DNA of 63,965 nt, filler included, from Octopus bimaculoides (Eukaryota), in NCBI RefSeq assembly GCF_001194135.2. It is 11 parts of 9 records of this genome, joined end to end, with 100 filler letters (N's around TTAATTAATTAA, not from the genome) between each part and the next. Parts side by side here need not be neighbours in the genome. Positions count along the whole stretch, not along the records: positions 49,154 to 54,935 come from NC_068981.1; positions 55,036 to 57,888 come from NC_068983.1; positions 57,989 to 60,393 come from NC_068988.1; positions 60,494 to 62,847 come from NC_069006.1; positions 62,948 to 63,965 come from NW_026425276.1; 6 more parts are not named here. One strand, 5' to 3'. A program made the position numbers and the translations under genes. Position 1 is the first letter of the stretch; each line of letters opens with the position of its first letter. Below, in pieces: positions 50,250 to 63,262 of this stretch. A model generated the notes under the pieces. The model was given only the letters and a program-made list of their open reading frames with translations, searched no databases and was not told the origin of the DNA.

Positions 50250-50463
50250 CCTTTCAACTTTAAACACGAGGCCTCAAATTTGGGGGAAGGCATTAAGTCG
50301 ATTACATCGACCCCAGTGCGTAACTGGTACTTAATTTATCGACACTGAAAGGATGAAAGGCAAAGTCGACCCCGGCGCTATTTGAACTGAAAACGTGAAG
50401 CCAGACGAAATACGCTAAGCATTACGCTCGGCGTGCTGACGATTCAGTCAGCTCGCTGCCTTA
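50250..50463 (-). mobile_element. SINE type C
   Basis: Ends cagctcgctgcctta, reverse complement of the C head. Confidence 0.8.
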
Positions 50464-50589
50464 ACAACAAAAACAACAACAATAATGATAATAATGGTGA
50501 AATGATGAAGGTAATTCAACCTCAATCCAGCTATAAATACCTGGGAATACTTTAGGCAGATAACATGAAGGAAAGGACAAAAGAGTTTT

Positions 50590-50990
50590 GTCTTCTTTAG
50601 TCTATTTTGGGGGTACAATTTGTATGAGTCTCCCTTTACTTCTATCATATTCCTGCTTCTGCTCACCTCCTCCATATCCAGCTCGATCAACTTGGTTTCC
50701 AGCGGCACTGGCTTCCTCGCCGCAGTGGCCTTGGCGTAGCTCTCCATACTGGAGACACTACCACTCGCCATAGCTGGGGAAAAATGCAGCGGCTCGCGTG
50801 AAACGTAACAGCAATAGTTTCACAAAAAATCACAATTATTTACAGAGACAACTTACAGTAATTCCCACAGTTTTCACAAAGTAACACAACAGTATTCACA
50901 ATAATTCACAATAATTCACGGAGCCGTTATACCGCTAAGCAGTTCGACCGGTGTGCAAACGTTTCTAACAGCTCGCCGCCTTATCAACTG
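50590..50990 (-). mobile_element. Possible 5' end (UTR and ORF1 start) of an L1/Tx1-type LINE
   Basis: ATG at 50771 gives MASGSVSSMESYAKATAARKPVPLETKLIELDMEEV; the MAS..SYA.A start is typical of ORF1 N-termini; upstream is a short-repeat-rich leader. No conserved domain confirmed. Confidence 0.3.
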
Positions 50991-51604
50991 AAAATATCAA
51001 CAGTTAATTCTGAATTTCTCTAGAGCAGCATATAAAGTCTCATAGTGTTTATTTACATTGATCATAAAATTTCAAAAGCCGTTTGTAGTTTGTTAGACAA
51101 CAATTCTCATTTACCTGTCACATGCGTAACAAAAAATTATATGAGACAACATTTAATTGGTTTGAAAGAAATTATCCTAATATTGAGATCTGGTCGAAAA
51201 TGAACTTGCATGTATATACTGAATTTTCTGGGCATTCTAAACAAAAGCTATTATTCAAATCTTTTTTCTTTCTTTGTTTGACTTTCATGTGAATGGATCT
51301 ATCCGACTAATTGTCAAACATTCTACTATATCTTTCCTCGTCCTTTGAATAGTTTTTCACATCGATTTCTTTCTCTTTTTAACAGTCTTGTGCACTCGTC
51401 TCCCTTCCTCTCATTATAATTATTGTGTCTCATTCTAAATTCTTGAACAACAAATGTTGCCCAAACTTTTTATTTCCACTATTGAAGATGTATAGACATT
51501 TTATTCCTGTCCATCTTTTCGCCACAGACAACATCCTGCAAAAATTTGACATGAGCATCGACTTTGTGATCATTACGTTGGTGGTTCTGGACAGAACTGA
51601 CTAT

Positions 51605-51815
51605 CTTTTTTATTCTCTTTTACTCGCTTCAGTCAATAGACTGCGGCCATGCTGGGGTACCGCATTGGAGGATTTTAGTCAAGCGAATCAACCACAGTAC
51701 CTTTTTTTTTCTCTTTAAAGCCTGGTGCTTACTAAATCAGTATCTTTTGCCGAACTGCTAAGTTACGGGGACATGAACACACCAACTCCTGTTGTCAAGC
51801 AGTGACGGGGAAATA
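51605..51815 (-). mobile_element. SINE module B
   Basis: gactgcggccatgctggggtaccgc...gccgaactgctaagttacgggga. Confidence 0.7.
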
Positions 51816-52269
51816 AACACACACGCGCGTGCGCATAAAATTAAGCAAGCATTTCAAATTTTGCGGTGCTTTTCCGGTATTGTAAATATAAGCTTTAGTA
51901 ATGTGAAGTTCACTTTTTGTTAAGCAATCATCTCCCACAGAAGTGCTTCTTTTTGAATTCTAAACAATAAAGTTTCTTTCATTCAAGTGTAATAATTTTT
52001 GCACCGTAGTTGGTGCAATGATAACTGCACAATTATAATTTTAGATATTTTAGCAAAAAATCATTAGTTTTTTTCAGTATTCGCATTAAATAAGAGTTTC
52101 AGTGCAATAGAATAAGGTCGTAGAGGAGGAAGCTGCAATAGGTTAGATGCTCATTTCTGATCCTCTGAGTTCCATAATGAAAACAAAATCGCATATTACA
52201 CATGTTGAATTACCTGATTTAAGAGGGAAGACGTTGCATGCCATTAATCGTTTTTAGGAATACAAATTA

Positions 52270-52745
52270 TTGACCTTCCGATCCTTAGAAAGGAGTACAC
52301 GGACACAACTATCACACCTCCGATTCATTAAGTTCTCATCGAGGTTCTGATGAGAGCCCTTTTCAGGCAACGATTTAACCATCCGTACTGATGGCAACCC
52401 TCTTTAAAAGGTTCACAATCTTCACTTACATGTCTCTTTCATTGAGTTCTTTCGCAGAGCTAGCTGTTTTCACAGTGACTTTTTTACAGGTTCTTTTTCT
52501 CCAATATTTGTAGCTTTTTCTTGTTCTGTAATGTGGAGGAAATTCACCGTATAACAGCTACTTTGGAATCCTTTTATCTTCCACCCGTACAGGGCTTGCT
52601 CGACGCACCTGAGTGGATATAATGAATGATTCGATGCTTGTGCATCCTGCCTTTGCAAGGATTTCTATGTGAGGTGCTTCACTTGGCCACTTGATAAAAG
52701 CGATGAAGCAACTTGAGATGCCTACTGTGTACTGTCTATGCTTCA
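52270..52745 (-). mobile_element. RTE-clade LINE 3' fragment
   Basis: Minus translation EILAKAGCTSIESFII..RVEDKRIPK*LLYGEF matches EVL.RA...SIE..RM.D.RIPKQLLYGEL. Confidence 0.65.
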
Positions 52746-52758
52746 GAAATATACATAC

Positions 52759-54245
52759 AAACGACGAAGAATGTTACAGGTATCTAGGAGTGGATTAACA
52801 TATATCATACAATGGCACCTGTAACAAAACACGTGTCACTAAAGACTATTACAAGCAAATAAAGAAAATTTGAACCTAGGAACTCTCTGCATTCAATAAA
52901 ATAGTGGCCCACAATGTGTTTGCAGTGCCAGTACTCATATCAACATTTGGGCTGCTTGATTGGACGCTTGATGAGATCCGAGCCATCGATGTGAAAGCCT
53001 GAAAAATACTAACAAACACACATAATTTCTACATAACTGTGACGTAGACCGTCTCTACCTAAAACGAAAACAGGGCAGTAGAGATTTAACATCGATCCAA
53101 AATGCTTTTGAATGTCGCATCATATCCCTTCAGCAACATCTTTTAACCACCTAGTGTCGAAGTGCATACTTTGACCAAGTTTGCATACATAAGGCTGATA
53201 ATATCATAAGACTTGGAAGGCAGCTCCTTGAGCAACACTCTTTTGATAACCTAGAATACATGCCCAAAGAAGTCGCACAACTCTACTGCAACATATCATC
53301 AGATGAAAGAATGAACCTANNNNNNNNNNNNNNNNNNNNNNNNNNNNNNNNNNNNNNNNNNNNNNNNNNNNNNNNNNNNNNNNNNNNNNNNNNNNNNNNN
53401 NNNNNNNNNNNNNNNNNNNNNNNNNNNNNNNNNNNNNNNNNNNNNNNNNNNNNNNNNNNNNNNNNNNNNNNNNNNNNNNNNNNNNNNNNNNNNNNNNNNN
53501 NNNNNNNNNNNNNNNNNNNNNNNNNNCCACATCATAAGCAATTGTCCGAAAATGTCATCACCGTATTATCTACCGATGAGACATGATGTTGCAGCTAGAA
53601 CACTCTATAATGAAATCCGTCGGAAGGATAATTCCAAGGACAAATATATAAGAACCCACAATATGGTGGAAGCCATAGCCACTCATAAGAAAAAGGAATA
53701 CTGGTGGAATATCCCAGTAAAGACTTCAATAAAATGTAAGCACAACAGACCTGATATAATGATTTGGGATAGAGAAGAGAAACTGTGCACAGTTGTGGAA
53801 ATTAGCTGCCCAGTGAATGTTAATATAAGCTGAATATCAGTGAAAAAGAGAACACCTATAATGAACTATTGAGAAATCTGCAGTTACTCTATCCAGATTA
53901 CAAATTCAAGTTTATACCTGTAATTATTGGGGTACTACAAACCCAATCCATCATCGTAACTGTAAAAATCTGTAAAACTTTCCAGAAGTTTATCATTTGA
54001 ATATATATGAGCATATCTAGATATGCAACTATATGCATGAGAAAACATACATAAAACATACAAATCTGCACATACATACATACAAACATACATACAAAAC
54101 TACCCTGTTGTTGATGTTGAAAATCCAATGAAGGAGTCTCGGATCTAGGTTAGAAATCGGTTCTTTCTCTATTGGCAAGAAATTTTGAAATAAACTGAAT
54201 AATGACATACATACATATATACATACATACATACATACATACATA
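52759..54245 (+). mobile_element. 5'-truncated RLE non-LTR retrotransposon, family 2, with (CATA)n tail
   Basis: YRYLGVD, NKIVAHNVFAVPVL..FGLLDW, DVDRLYLKRK, HIISNCPK..RHD, HNRPDIMIWD..VVEISCP; tail 54205-54245; atacatac at 52751-58 directly 5'. Confidence 0.85.
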
Positions 54246-54442
54246 TCCCTGATACTGAATATATTAGAAATCTATTTTTGTTAAACATTAATAACTTTAG
54301 AGCAAGTTCATTTCTTATGGTAGTGTTTTTTTTATTCAATTATATTTGCGTATATTTTTATTAGAATGTTGATACACGTCTAAAGTTGAACTGATCCAGG
54401 ATTCTATGATTTGGAAATTTCCTGAGATTGTGTTCATTGATA

Positions 54443-54935
54443 ACTAGCAGTATAGCCCGGCTTTGCCCAGGATTAAGTTAGGATTATTAAGCTAATCAAG
54501 TTCTTTATTTCAAACCAAACTTAATAACATCGACGTCAAATTTGAACGAAATCTGTTGAAATTGGTAAACTTTCGGCTGAAAATGAGTTGCAGACAACTT
54601 GATTGGGAAATCCCATAAGGAATCGCTTTCTCGATTTTTTCAGCTCATCGATTTTTTTTTTTTTTTTTTGTTTTTGTTTTTGGAGAACTTAAGGCATTCG
54701 AAGATTCCATGAGTCCTAAGTAATGCTGGCATCAAGTTTGAACAAAATACATCAAATTTGGTAAAAATTATGGTTAAGGAATCGGTTTATCGATTTTCGT
54801 TATCCTGATTAAATAAATGGAAAACCCCATAAGTTATCAGTTTATTGATTTTTCACCCCAAATAGGACTTAACCGAACACAACATTGCTGATTCAAAAAC
54901 ATCTATATTTATAATTTAAAGTTGGTTTTCACACC
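54443..54935 (+). mobile_element. Possible non-autonomous Helitron-like element, 5' part
   Basis: Starts actagcagtatagcccggctttgcccagg, resembling ACTAG..CCCG..TTGC termini of such elements; internal repeated caa(a/g)tttgaac..aaat units; 3' end lost in a gap. Confidence 0.45.
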
Positions 54936-55035
54936 NNNNNNNNNNNNNNNNNNNNNNNNNNNNNNNNNNNNNNNNNNNNTTAATTAATTAANNNNNNNNN
55001 NNNNNNNNNNNNNNNNNNNNNNNNNNNNNNNNNNN

Positions 55036-55070
<35 letters not shown>

Positions 55071-57605
55071 GCATGCATAAAATGGTATGCATTCATATAT
55101 CAGTAGATATACGCAGACTCAAGTTTATATAAATATACTCATATGCATACACGTATATATGCAAACGAACACAGGAGCGCATGCGCGATTTGGTTGCACT
55201 TTCGGGCATTTTCGTCAAATGCACACAAGTTTAATGTAGCAATTTCGATTTCTAAATACATTAACTAAACAGTTTATTGGTTATTGTTCGACTGAAAAAA
55301 AAAAATAATTGAAAGAAATAAACGAGGAAAGAAAATACAGAAAGTATAGCAGGAGTGAAAAGAAGAGGGAAAATTTTTTAATGAAAAATATAGGAAAATA
55401 AGAAAAGAAGAAAAAAAGACCTAAAAACATTGTAAATACAAGGAAGTATAAAAAAAAACGGAAACGTTTAGTTTTCTCCATCTTGTAAAATAGTTGAATA
55501 TATTGTAATACATCGTTGAAATAGATCGTCTGTTTATAAGACAAGTCTCACATCAATCACTAAACAACCCATAAAATAGAAAAAAATAAAAAAATAATCA
55601 CAATTTCAGCAATTAACCTAAGGCTGAAATATTTCAGAGAAAATAAATAGATACGTTGGGTAATTAACGTTCATTCAAAAGACTTGTTCCTTCGTTGCTT
55701 ATATCACGCAAACCGTTGCTATCTTATCACCTCTCCCATTGTCATCATGGCTGTCAGTTCTCTTTCCCTACTCGTGTTTTCTTTTCAGTCTATTTCTCTC
55801 AACCTCTCTCTCTCTCTCTCTCTGTCTGTCACATTCTCTCTCTTTTTGCATATATATGTCTGTGTGTATGCGTGGGTATACAAATAAAATTTCATAAATA
55901 TGCATATATATACATACATATATATATATGTATACATATATACATATTCATGCAAACACAATATATNNNNNNNNNNNNNNNNNNNNNNNNNNNNNNNNNN
56001 NNNNNNNNNNNNNNNNNNNNNNNNNNNNNNNNNNNNNNNNNNNNNNNNNNNNNNNNNNNNNNNNNNNNNNNNNNNNNNNNNNNNNNNNNNNNNNNNNNNN
56101 NNNNNNNNNNNNNNNNNNNNNNNNNNNNNNNNNNNNNNNNNNNNNNNNNNNNNNNNNNNNNNNNNNNNNNNNNNNNNNNNNNNNNNNNNNNNNNNNNNNN
56201 NNNNNNNNNNNNNNNNNNNNNNNNNNNNNNNNNNNNNNNNNNNNNNNNNNNNNNNNNNNNNNNNNNNNNNNNNNNNNNNNNNNNNNNNNNNNNNNNNNNN
56301 NNNNNNNNNNNNNNNNNNNNNNNNNNNNNNNNNNNNNNNNNNNNNNNNNNNATATATATATATATATATATACGTATGTGTGTATATATGCCGATGCATA
56401 GTTGATAATTACGAACGAGATCAAACAAAACCATATACACATTAGGACGCCATCATATATGTAATCAGTACTACTTGAGTATATGTTATCTGTAAATGTC
56501 CTTCGTCCTTCGTTATATATATATAAGTATACGTACATACATACATGAAATCACACATACCTGCATTCAGTTACACATGCTAACACATGAGCATCGGAAA
56601 CAATTTGTATGTGTATGGCTGCACATATGTGCATACATACAGACAGTAGAGAAATAGAGAGAAAGGAAAAAATGAAGTCATGTGCATCAGAATTTCCCAG
56701 ATAATTGTATGTATATATATTTATAAGAGCTGTCATTATTTTCTACACAGATATTCGCTCACACATACGTAGTTTCATAGCGACATACCAGCTCGTTCTC
56801 TTATGTCGCCTTTATCACACGTATACATTCAAACTCAAAGGATAACACATAAATATGCTTACACGTATATATCAATGTTTACATCTTTATAAGGACCATT
56901 TATTCTTCCAAACATCCATCTTCCTTTTCATTGTATCTCGTTTCATCATCAGCAGTCCTCGGCCAATATCGAATTTCGTGTGAATTATCTCTACAACTAA
57001 ACGAAATAACGTTAAGATAAGTAACTACAGAAACAAAATAAAGAAAGAAAAGAAAAATGCCTTTAAGCAATGTCTAGGTATTTAAATAAAGAACCTAAGT
57101 TATAGAAGGAATAAAAAAAAATAAATACAAGATGTTTTTATATATGATATTTACGTTTTATAATGGAATTTGATATGTTAGGTTTGGAGCCTTCCAATAC
57201 AATTGTTAGATTGTTTTGTTGTGTGAGCTGAAGATAATTAGGGAATCACGTGCCTAATATGGCGTCGGCAATGCATATCCTAGGTTTTACACGAGAGTTC
57301 AACATATAAAATCTATTGGATCTGCTATTTATTTTCATTATTGTTAATGCATTATATTTTGTTGTTGAATTTGTTGTCCATTTTTAGGTCAAATATTCTT
57401 GAGCAGATTTGTAATTTAAGCATCCTTAATGATCATTCTGTGATTTTAGAGTCACTTAACACCATAAAATGTAAAACATGTTTTATCTATGAGTGTATGA
57501 TTATGATTTAGAGAAGTTTATTCTTGCCAATTGGTCAAACAATACTTCAGAGACTCCATTGTTCTTTTCAGCAGCAATGTTAGAAATGAAAATGATTTCT
57601 ATGAA

Positions 57606-57672
<67 letters not shown>

Positions 57673-57707
57673 CAGAGAAAAGGGAGAGAAATAGATATAA
57701 TTGAAAC

Positions 57708-57778
57708 ATTGCTTTGGTCCAGTGGTAGAATGTCAGTCATATTTACAAGACATGTGAGTTCGAGTCGCACGGGCAGCC
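57708..57778 (+). pseudogene. Decayed tRNA-like sequence (pseudogene or isolated SINE head)
   Basis: tggtccagtggtagaa (A box/D arm), gtgag ttcgagt cgcac (T arm), gggcagc 3' end; acceptor and anticodon arms poorly paired. Confidence 0.35.
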
Positions 57779-58120
57779 TTTGACTGTCTTTAGCCAAAGA
57801 AGATTTTTTTAAACCAATATTTACACGCAATTATTTTAACTTATCTACTCCGAGATTCGATGTTCCAATATATATATATATATATATANNNNNNNNNNNN
57901 NNNNNNNNNNNNNNNNNNNNNNNNNNNNNNNNTTAATTAATTAANNNNNNNNNNNNNNNNNNNNNNNNNNNNNNNNNNNNNNNNNNNNTATATATATATT
58001 ATATAAACACACATATATGCGTATACATATATTTATGTATGCATATATGTATGTATGTGTGTCTGTTTTGATAGATGGATAGATAGACAGATAGATAGGG
58101 AGATAAATAGAAAGACAAAC

Positions 58121-58174
<54 letters not shown>

Positions 58175-58511
58175 GAAAATATTTCGTTTATACATAAATA
58201 TATGTATGGAAATATCTTTCTCATAATATTATAGTTTAAACCTTTCTACCATGTGAAATCATTTCACTTTCATGCACTTGTACAGAACACTATTACACCC
58301 TTTTCATCCTTTTTGCCTTCTCAATTGCTTTACGAGTATACTTCTTCCCTCACACTCGCGCCGGCTCTACGCACCAACCACCTCGTCTATCCAAGAATTT
58401 ACGCCACCAATCGTCAGCACTTCCACACCTCTGCAATAATACCGCACAACGCTTCTTCTCCATGATATAATTTTTGAGACGGATACACTCCTCTACTTGC
58501 ATACACACACT

Positions 58512-58690
58512 CTCTTTTACTCTTTTACTTGTTTCAGTCATTTGACTTCGGCCATGCTGGAGCACCGCCTTTAGTCGAGCAAATCGACCCCAGGACTTAT
58601 TCTTTGTAAACCTAGTACTTATTCTATCGGTCTTTTTTTTTTGCCGAACCGCTAAATTACGGGGACGTAAACACACCAGCATCGGTTGTC
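58512..58690 (-). mobile_element. SINE module B, abutting a type D copy
   Basis: Reverse complement of B, truncated at catcggttgtc. Confidence 0.75.
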
Positions 58691-58992
58691 CCAAACCGGG
58701 CGTTGTGAGTGTTTATTGAGCGAAAACACTTAAAGCTCTACGGGGGTGGTGGCGAACCCTGCTGTACTCTTTCACCACAACTTTCTCTCACTTTTACTTC
58801 CTGTTTCTGTTGTACCTGTATTTCAAAAGGCCAGCCTTGTCACACTCTGTGTCACGCTGAATCTCCCCACTGAGAACTACGTTAAGGGTACACGTGTCTG
58901 TGGAGTGCTCAGCCACTTGCACGTTAATCTCACGAGCAGGCCGTTCCGTTGATCGGATCAACTGGAACCCTCATCGTCGTAACCGACGGATT
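58691..58992 (+). mobile_element. 5'-truncated SINE type D
   Basis: ccaaaccgggcgttgtgagtg...cgtaaccgacgga matches the reverse complement of 2114-2430. Confidence 0.75.
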
Positions 58993-59514
58993 ACCATAGT
59001 ATATATATATATANNNNNNNNNNNNNNNNNNNNNNNNNNNNNNNNNNNNNNNNNNNNNNNNNNNNNNNNNNNNNNNNNNNNNNNNNNNNNNNNNNNNNNN
59101 NNNNNNNNNNNNNNNNNNNNNNNNNNNNNNNNNNNNNNNNNNNNNNNNNNNNNNNNNNNNNNNNNNNNNNNNNNNNNNNNNNNNNNNNNNNNNNNNNNCC
59201 CGTTGGTGAATTAGTTGAGGAAGTTTCACAATACGTTTGGAATAGTGTGTTTAAAGTACATGTATATATACATGCATACATGCATACATTCCTACGTACC
59301 TACCTTCCTACCTTCCTACCTATCTACATACTTACATTCATACATACACACATATATATATATATATATACATATATACATACATACATACTTGCATACA
59401 TACATATATACACATATGCACACATTGGTTATTGATGTTCTCTCAGTATGTACGCACTTGTATACTCTGTATTATTTATTCACATTTAGGCTTGTTCTTC
59501 TCTGTATTTCTGTC

Positions 59515-59556
<42 letters not shown>

Positions 59557-60644
59557 CCTATGTATATGTGTGTCTCTGTGTGCGCGCACGCGCGTGCATG
59601 TGATTGGATTGTATGTATTTGCATGTATATATGTAATTACATATATACATTGATATATATATACGTGTGCAAGTGCATGTAGGTTCGTATAGATCTACAT
59701 AGTATGTTTGTCACGCCAATCTGCACGTTAATATGTGAGACAGCGCATTTATTTGTGCGTATGTTTAAGTCTATATACGCATGTGAAGTGGATGTCCCAC
59801 TGGAATTAGTTTTTGAAATGTTCAATAATTCATGCTTACTCTAACGGCAGAAATTTCTGCGACAACATGACGCTAGCTAGAGAATTGCCATTTCTTCTAT
59901 TTCTTCCAAATTCTTCAGCGTTACTTCATTTATTTCGTTCCAATTAGCAGTTTCCAGAAATAAGTTTAGTCCAACAATATATAAGGCGACACTATTTTGG
60001 CACGTATTTTTGCGAAGAATCCAAACAGAAGAACCACCCTCTGCAGTATTTATTTATATTTATTTATATATATTTTTTTCGCATCTTAGCACAATCCTCC
60101 CAATTTTACCGAAGCAGAATACCACCACACCTTACCGCCACACCTTGGCACTGTTATATGAACTCAGTTGCATGTCATTCCACAAGAGTAACATGTCTAC
60201 AAGAATGCCATATGATTAGTTACGTTGCTGCAAATGAGTCTTTCTGATACTGTTTCTAATCTTAAACAGGATTTTCTCAACTGACATTGTCTCATTTATG
60301 TATGTGTGTATGTATGTATGTATGTATGTATGTATGTATGTATGTATGTATGCATGTATGAATATATATATCTATCTATAGTTGTCTGACTCANNNNNNN
60401 NNNNNNNNNNNNNNNNNNNNNNNNNNNNNNNNNNNNNTTAATTAATTAANNNNNNNNNNNNNNNNNNNNNNNNNNNNNNNNNNNNNNNNNNNNGTGTGTG
60501 TGTGTGTGTGTGTGTGAATGTGTACATCTGTGTGTGTGTGTGTGTGTGTTTATGTATATGTGTGTGGAAGTACAAGAGAGAATTGTGTGCATGTATGTTT
60601 AGGAAAAAGAACAAGAGAGTGCTGGGAGGTGTCTTTCAGAGAGA

Positions 60645-60684
<40 letters not shown>

Positions 60685-61171
60685 GAGAAAGAGAGGACTG
60701 TGCGTGTATGCTTACATGAAAGAGTGAAGCGAGAAAGTGATGGTGTATTTGAGAAATTATGTGTGTATGTGTGTCTCTGTAAGAGTAAGACAAGAACAGG
60801 GAGCTTGCGTGCATGTATATTTATGAGAAAGAGCGAGAAAGTGATAACCTATCTAAGAAAGTGTGTGCGTATGTATGCTTGTGTGTAGCAGAGCTCATGC
60901 AGGTTGACACACATATAAAATATAATTGATTAACCACACCGAGTCACAAAGACATGCAAACAATTATTGCATGCACAGAACTGTTTCTTTTTTTTGTCTT
61001 CTGTACATCGTCGTCTTTGTTGTCCTAAATAAAAAGTCATTTGGCGTTATTGGGTCATGTAAGAGACTGTTTGGGGTTGAGCAGTTGCTGATTATTGATA
61101 ACAGGGGGCGCTGTTGGTCGGACACGATCGGTCCGAGTNNNNNNNNNNNNNNNNNNNNNNNNNNTTTATAT

Positions 61172-61562
61172 TTTTCTTTTACTTGTTTCAGTCATTTGAT
61201 TGCGGCCATGCTGGGGTACCGCCTTTAGGAATTTTTAGTCGAATGAATCGACCGCAGTACTTTTTTTTTTTAAAGTCTATCGGTTTCTTTTGCCGAACTG
61301 CTAGGTTACGGGGGCGTAAACACACCATCACCGGTTGTCAAGCGGTGATGGGGCGATAAACAGAGACAAAAAGACACATACATCCTCCCCCCCACACACA
61401 CAAGAGGCTTCTTTCAGTATCCGTCAACCAAATCCACTCACAAGGCTTTGTCCGGCCCGAGGTAATAGCAGAAGACACTTGCCCAAGGTACCATGCAGTA
61501 GGACTGAACCCAGAACCATGTGGTTGGGAAGCAGACTTCTTACCACTAAGCCACGCCTGCGC
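61172..61562 (-). mobile_element. Composite SINE A+B
   Basis: Reverse complement of the full architecture with a shrunken microsatellite. Confidence 0.8.
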
Positions 61563-61626
61563 TTACGCGTATGTGTGTACGAAAGAACGAGAACACGCGC
61601 ACATACAAACCTAATCACACACACAC

Positions 61627-61782
61627 ACTTTACCTTTCATCGACTTTACCTTTCATCGACTTTACCTTTCATCGTTTCGGGGTCGATAAATTAAATACCA
61701 GTGAAACACTGGGGTCGATGTAATCGACTAGTCTCTTTCCACAAAATTTCAGGCCTTGTACCTTTAGTAGATAGGATTATTA
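61627..61782 (+). mobile_element. 5'-truncated SINE type C starting with three tandem 16-mers
   Basis: actttacctttcatcg x3 (61627-61674), then tttcggggtcgataaattaa. Confidence 0.7.
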
Positions 61783-61983
61783 ATTTCCAGAAAAAGAAGA
61801 AGAATGAATGCGATTATCGCCAGCAACATACAAATCTTCATCAGAACTCTATTGGAAATGTTCTGGTGAAAATTCGAAAAACTTCAACTGATTAGAAGAA
61901 ATCGAACAAGAACCAGACTTGAAACAGTGACCAATGGAAAAACGAATTGACTAGTGAGGTTGAGTCGTACTATTGCTATTGAC

Positions 61984-62388
61984 CAGTGGTTCTCAACCAG
62001 TCCATATGACAATTGAGGATCCATATAAGATTTTGCTGTTAAAATTTATCTGCAATAAATTGGTTAAACTAATATAAGGAATTATATAGAAAAAAATCAA
62101 ATGCGTTGTGTATCGTAATACCCATATATATATATTTTTTTGACATAATTCTTAATATTAGCACGCCGGACAAAATGTTTAGCGGTATTTCGTCTGTCTT
62201 CTCGTTCTGAGTTCAAAATTCCACCGAGGTCGACTTTGCCTTTCATCCTTTGAGGGTCGATAAAATAAGCACCAGTTGAGCACTGGGGTCGATGTAGTCG
62301 ATTTATCACGTCCCCCGTAATTGCTGGCCTTGTACCAAAATTTGAAACCAATATTAATCATAAGGTAAAATATAGTTGAGAATCACTG
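61984..62388. mobile_element. hAT-like MITE containing a SINE C insertion
   Basis: TIRs cagtggttctcaac / gttgagaatcactg; 8-bp flanks ctattgac and ctataaag (5 of 8 identical). Confidence 0.6.
62157..62354 (+). mobile_element. SINE type C
   Basis: ttagcacgccggacaaaatg...ccttgtaccaaaatttgaaaccaat. Confidence 0.8.
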
Positions 62389-62814
62389 CTATAAAGTGTG
62401 TTTATAGAAGCTGGCCGATGAAGCAAGTCGCGAGTTAGGTTTTCAGAAACAGGAACTGTCCCATCGCTAAATACGTAATTTCATTCACACACTTATAAAC
62501 ATACACAAACACTCACATGCACAGGCACAAACATATACACGTTTAGTGTGACTGTCTTGGGTTGAGCCAACTCAAATCGATAGATAGATAGATAGATAGA
62601 GATAAAGAGAAAGAGAGAGAGAGAGATTTATCGTTTAGACTAATGTCACAGCTAGCCGGGAAAGTGTTGCGATCTACACATGGTTAATTTATATAAACTG
62701 TGTGTGTGTGCGTGTGTGTATTCATATAAGTGATCGCCCGCATAGTCATATTGCGAATTTTGTTATTTGTGTGGCTTTGTATATATGCATGGATATATAT
62801 ATATATATATATAT

Positions 62815-62847
<33 letters not shown>

Positions 62848-62947
62848 NNNNNNNNNNNNNNNNNNNNNNNNNNNNNNNNNNNNNNNNNNNNTTAATTAAT
62901 TAANNNNNNNNNNNNNNNNNNNNNNNNNNNNNNNNNNNNNNNNNNNN

Positions 62948-63207
62948 CGACATACGGCAGGCTCTCTTCCTCCCATTCATTCTCTTTATTAAGCAATCTA
63001 TCGTAGTGGCATCTCCAGACCTCTTTTTTTGCATCCTCATTTAGTGCAAGCGTACCATCATCCATGCGAACACATTTCTCTCCTACGACATCACTATTCT
63101 CTCTCCTACACGAAATACCTCGAGTCTTTGGTCCTCACGGCGCAGAACATTGGCAAATCTTTTCTTATCTGCTTCCCCTCTGGCTAAATAAACCTGTCGC
63201 CTAGCCT
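62948..63207 (-). mobile_element. RTE-clade LINE fragment (linker between APE and RT)
   Basis: Minus ARREARRQVYLARGEADKKRFANVLRREDQRLEVFRV, typical of that region in RTE elements. Confidence 0.7.
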
Positions 63208-63216
63208 CCCTTCTGG

Positions 63217-63260
<44 letters not shown>

Positions 63261-63262
63261 CA

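Noticed and set aside
52340-52375. ctgatgagagccc...ggcaacg
   Set aside because: No GAAA and no cleavage triplet with stem I.
31016-62903. Regularly recurring TTAATTAATTAA islands inside N runs
   Set aside because: Identical 12-mer with stops in all frames in fixed 100-nt N blocks: a synthetic scaffolding spacer, not biology.
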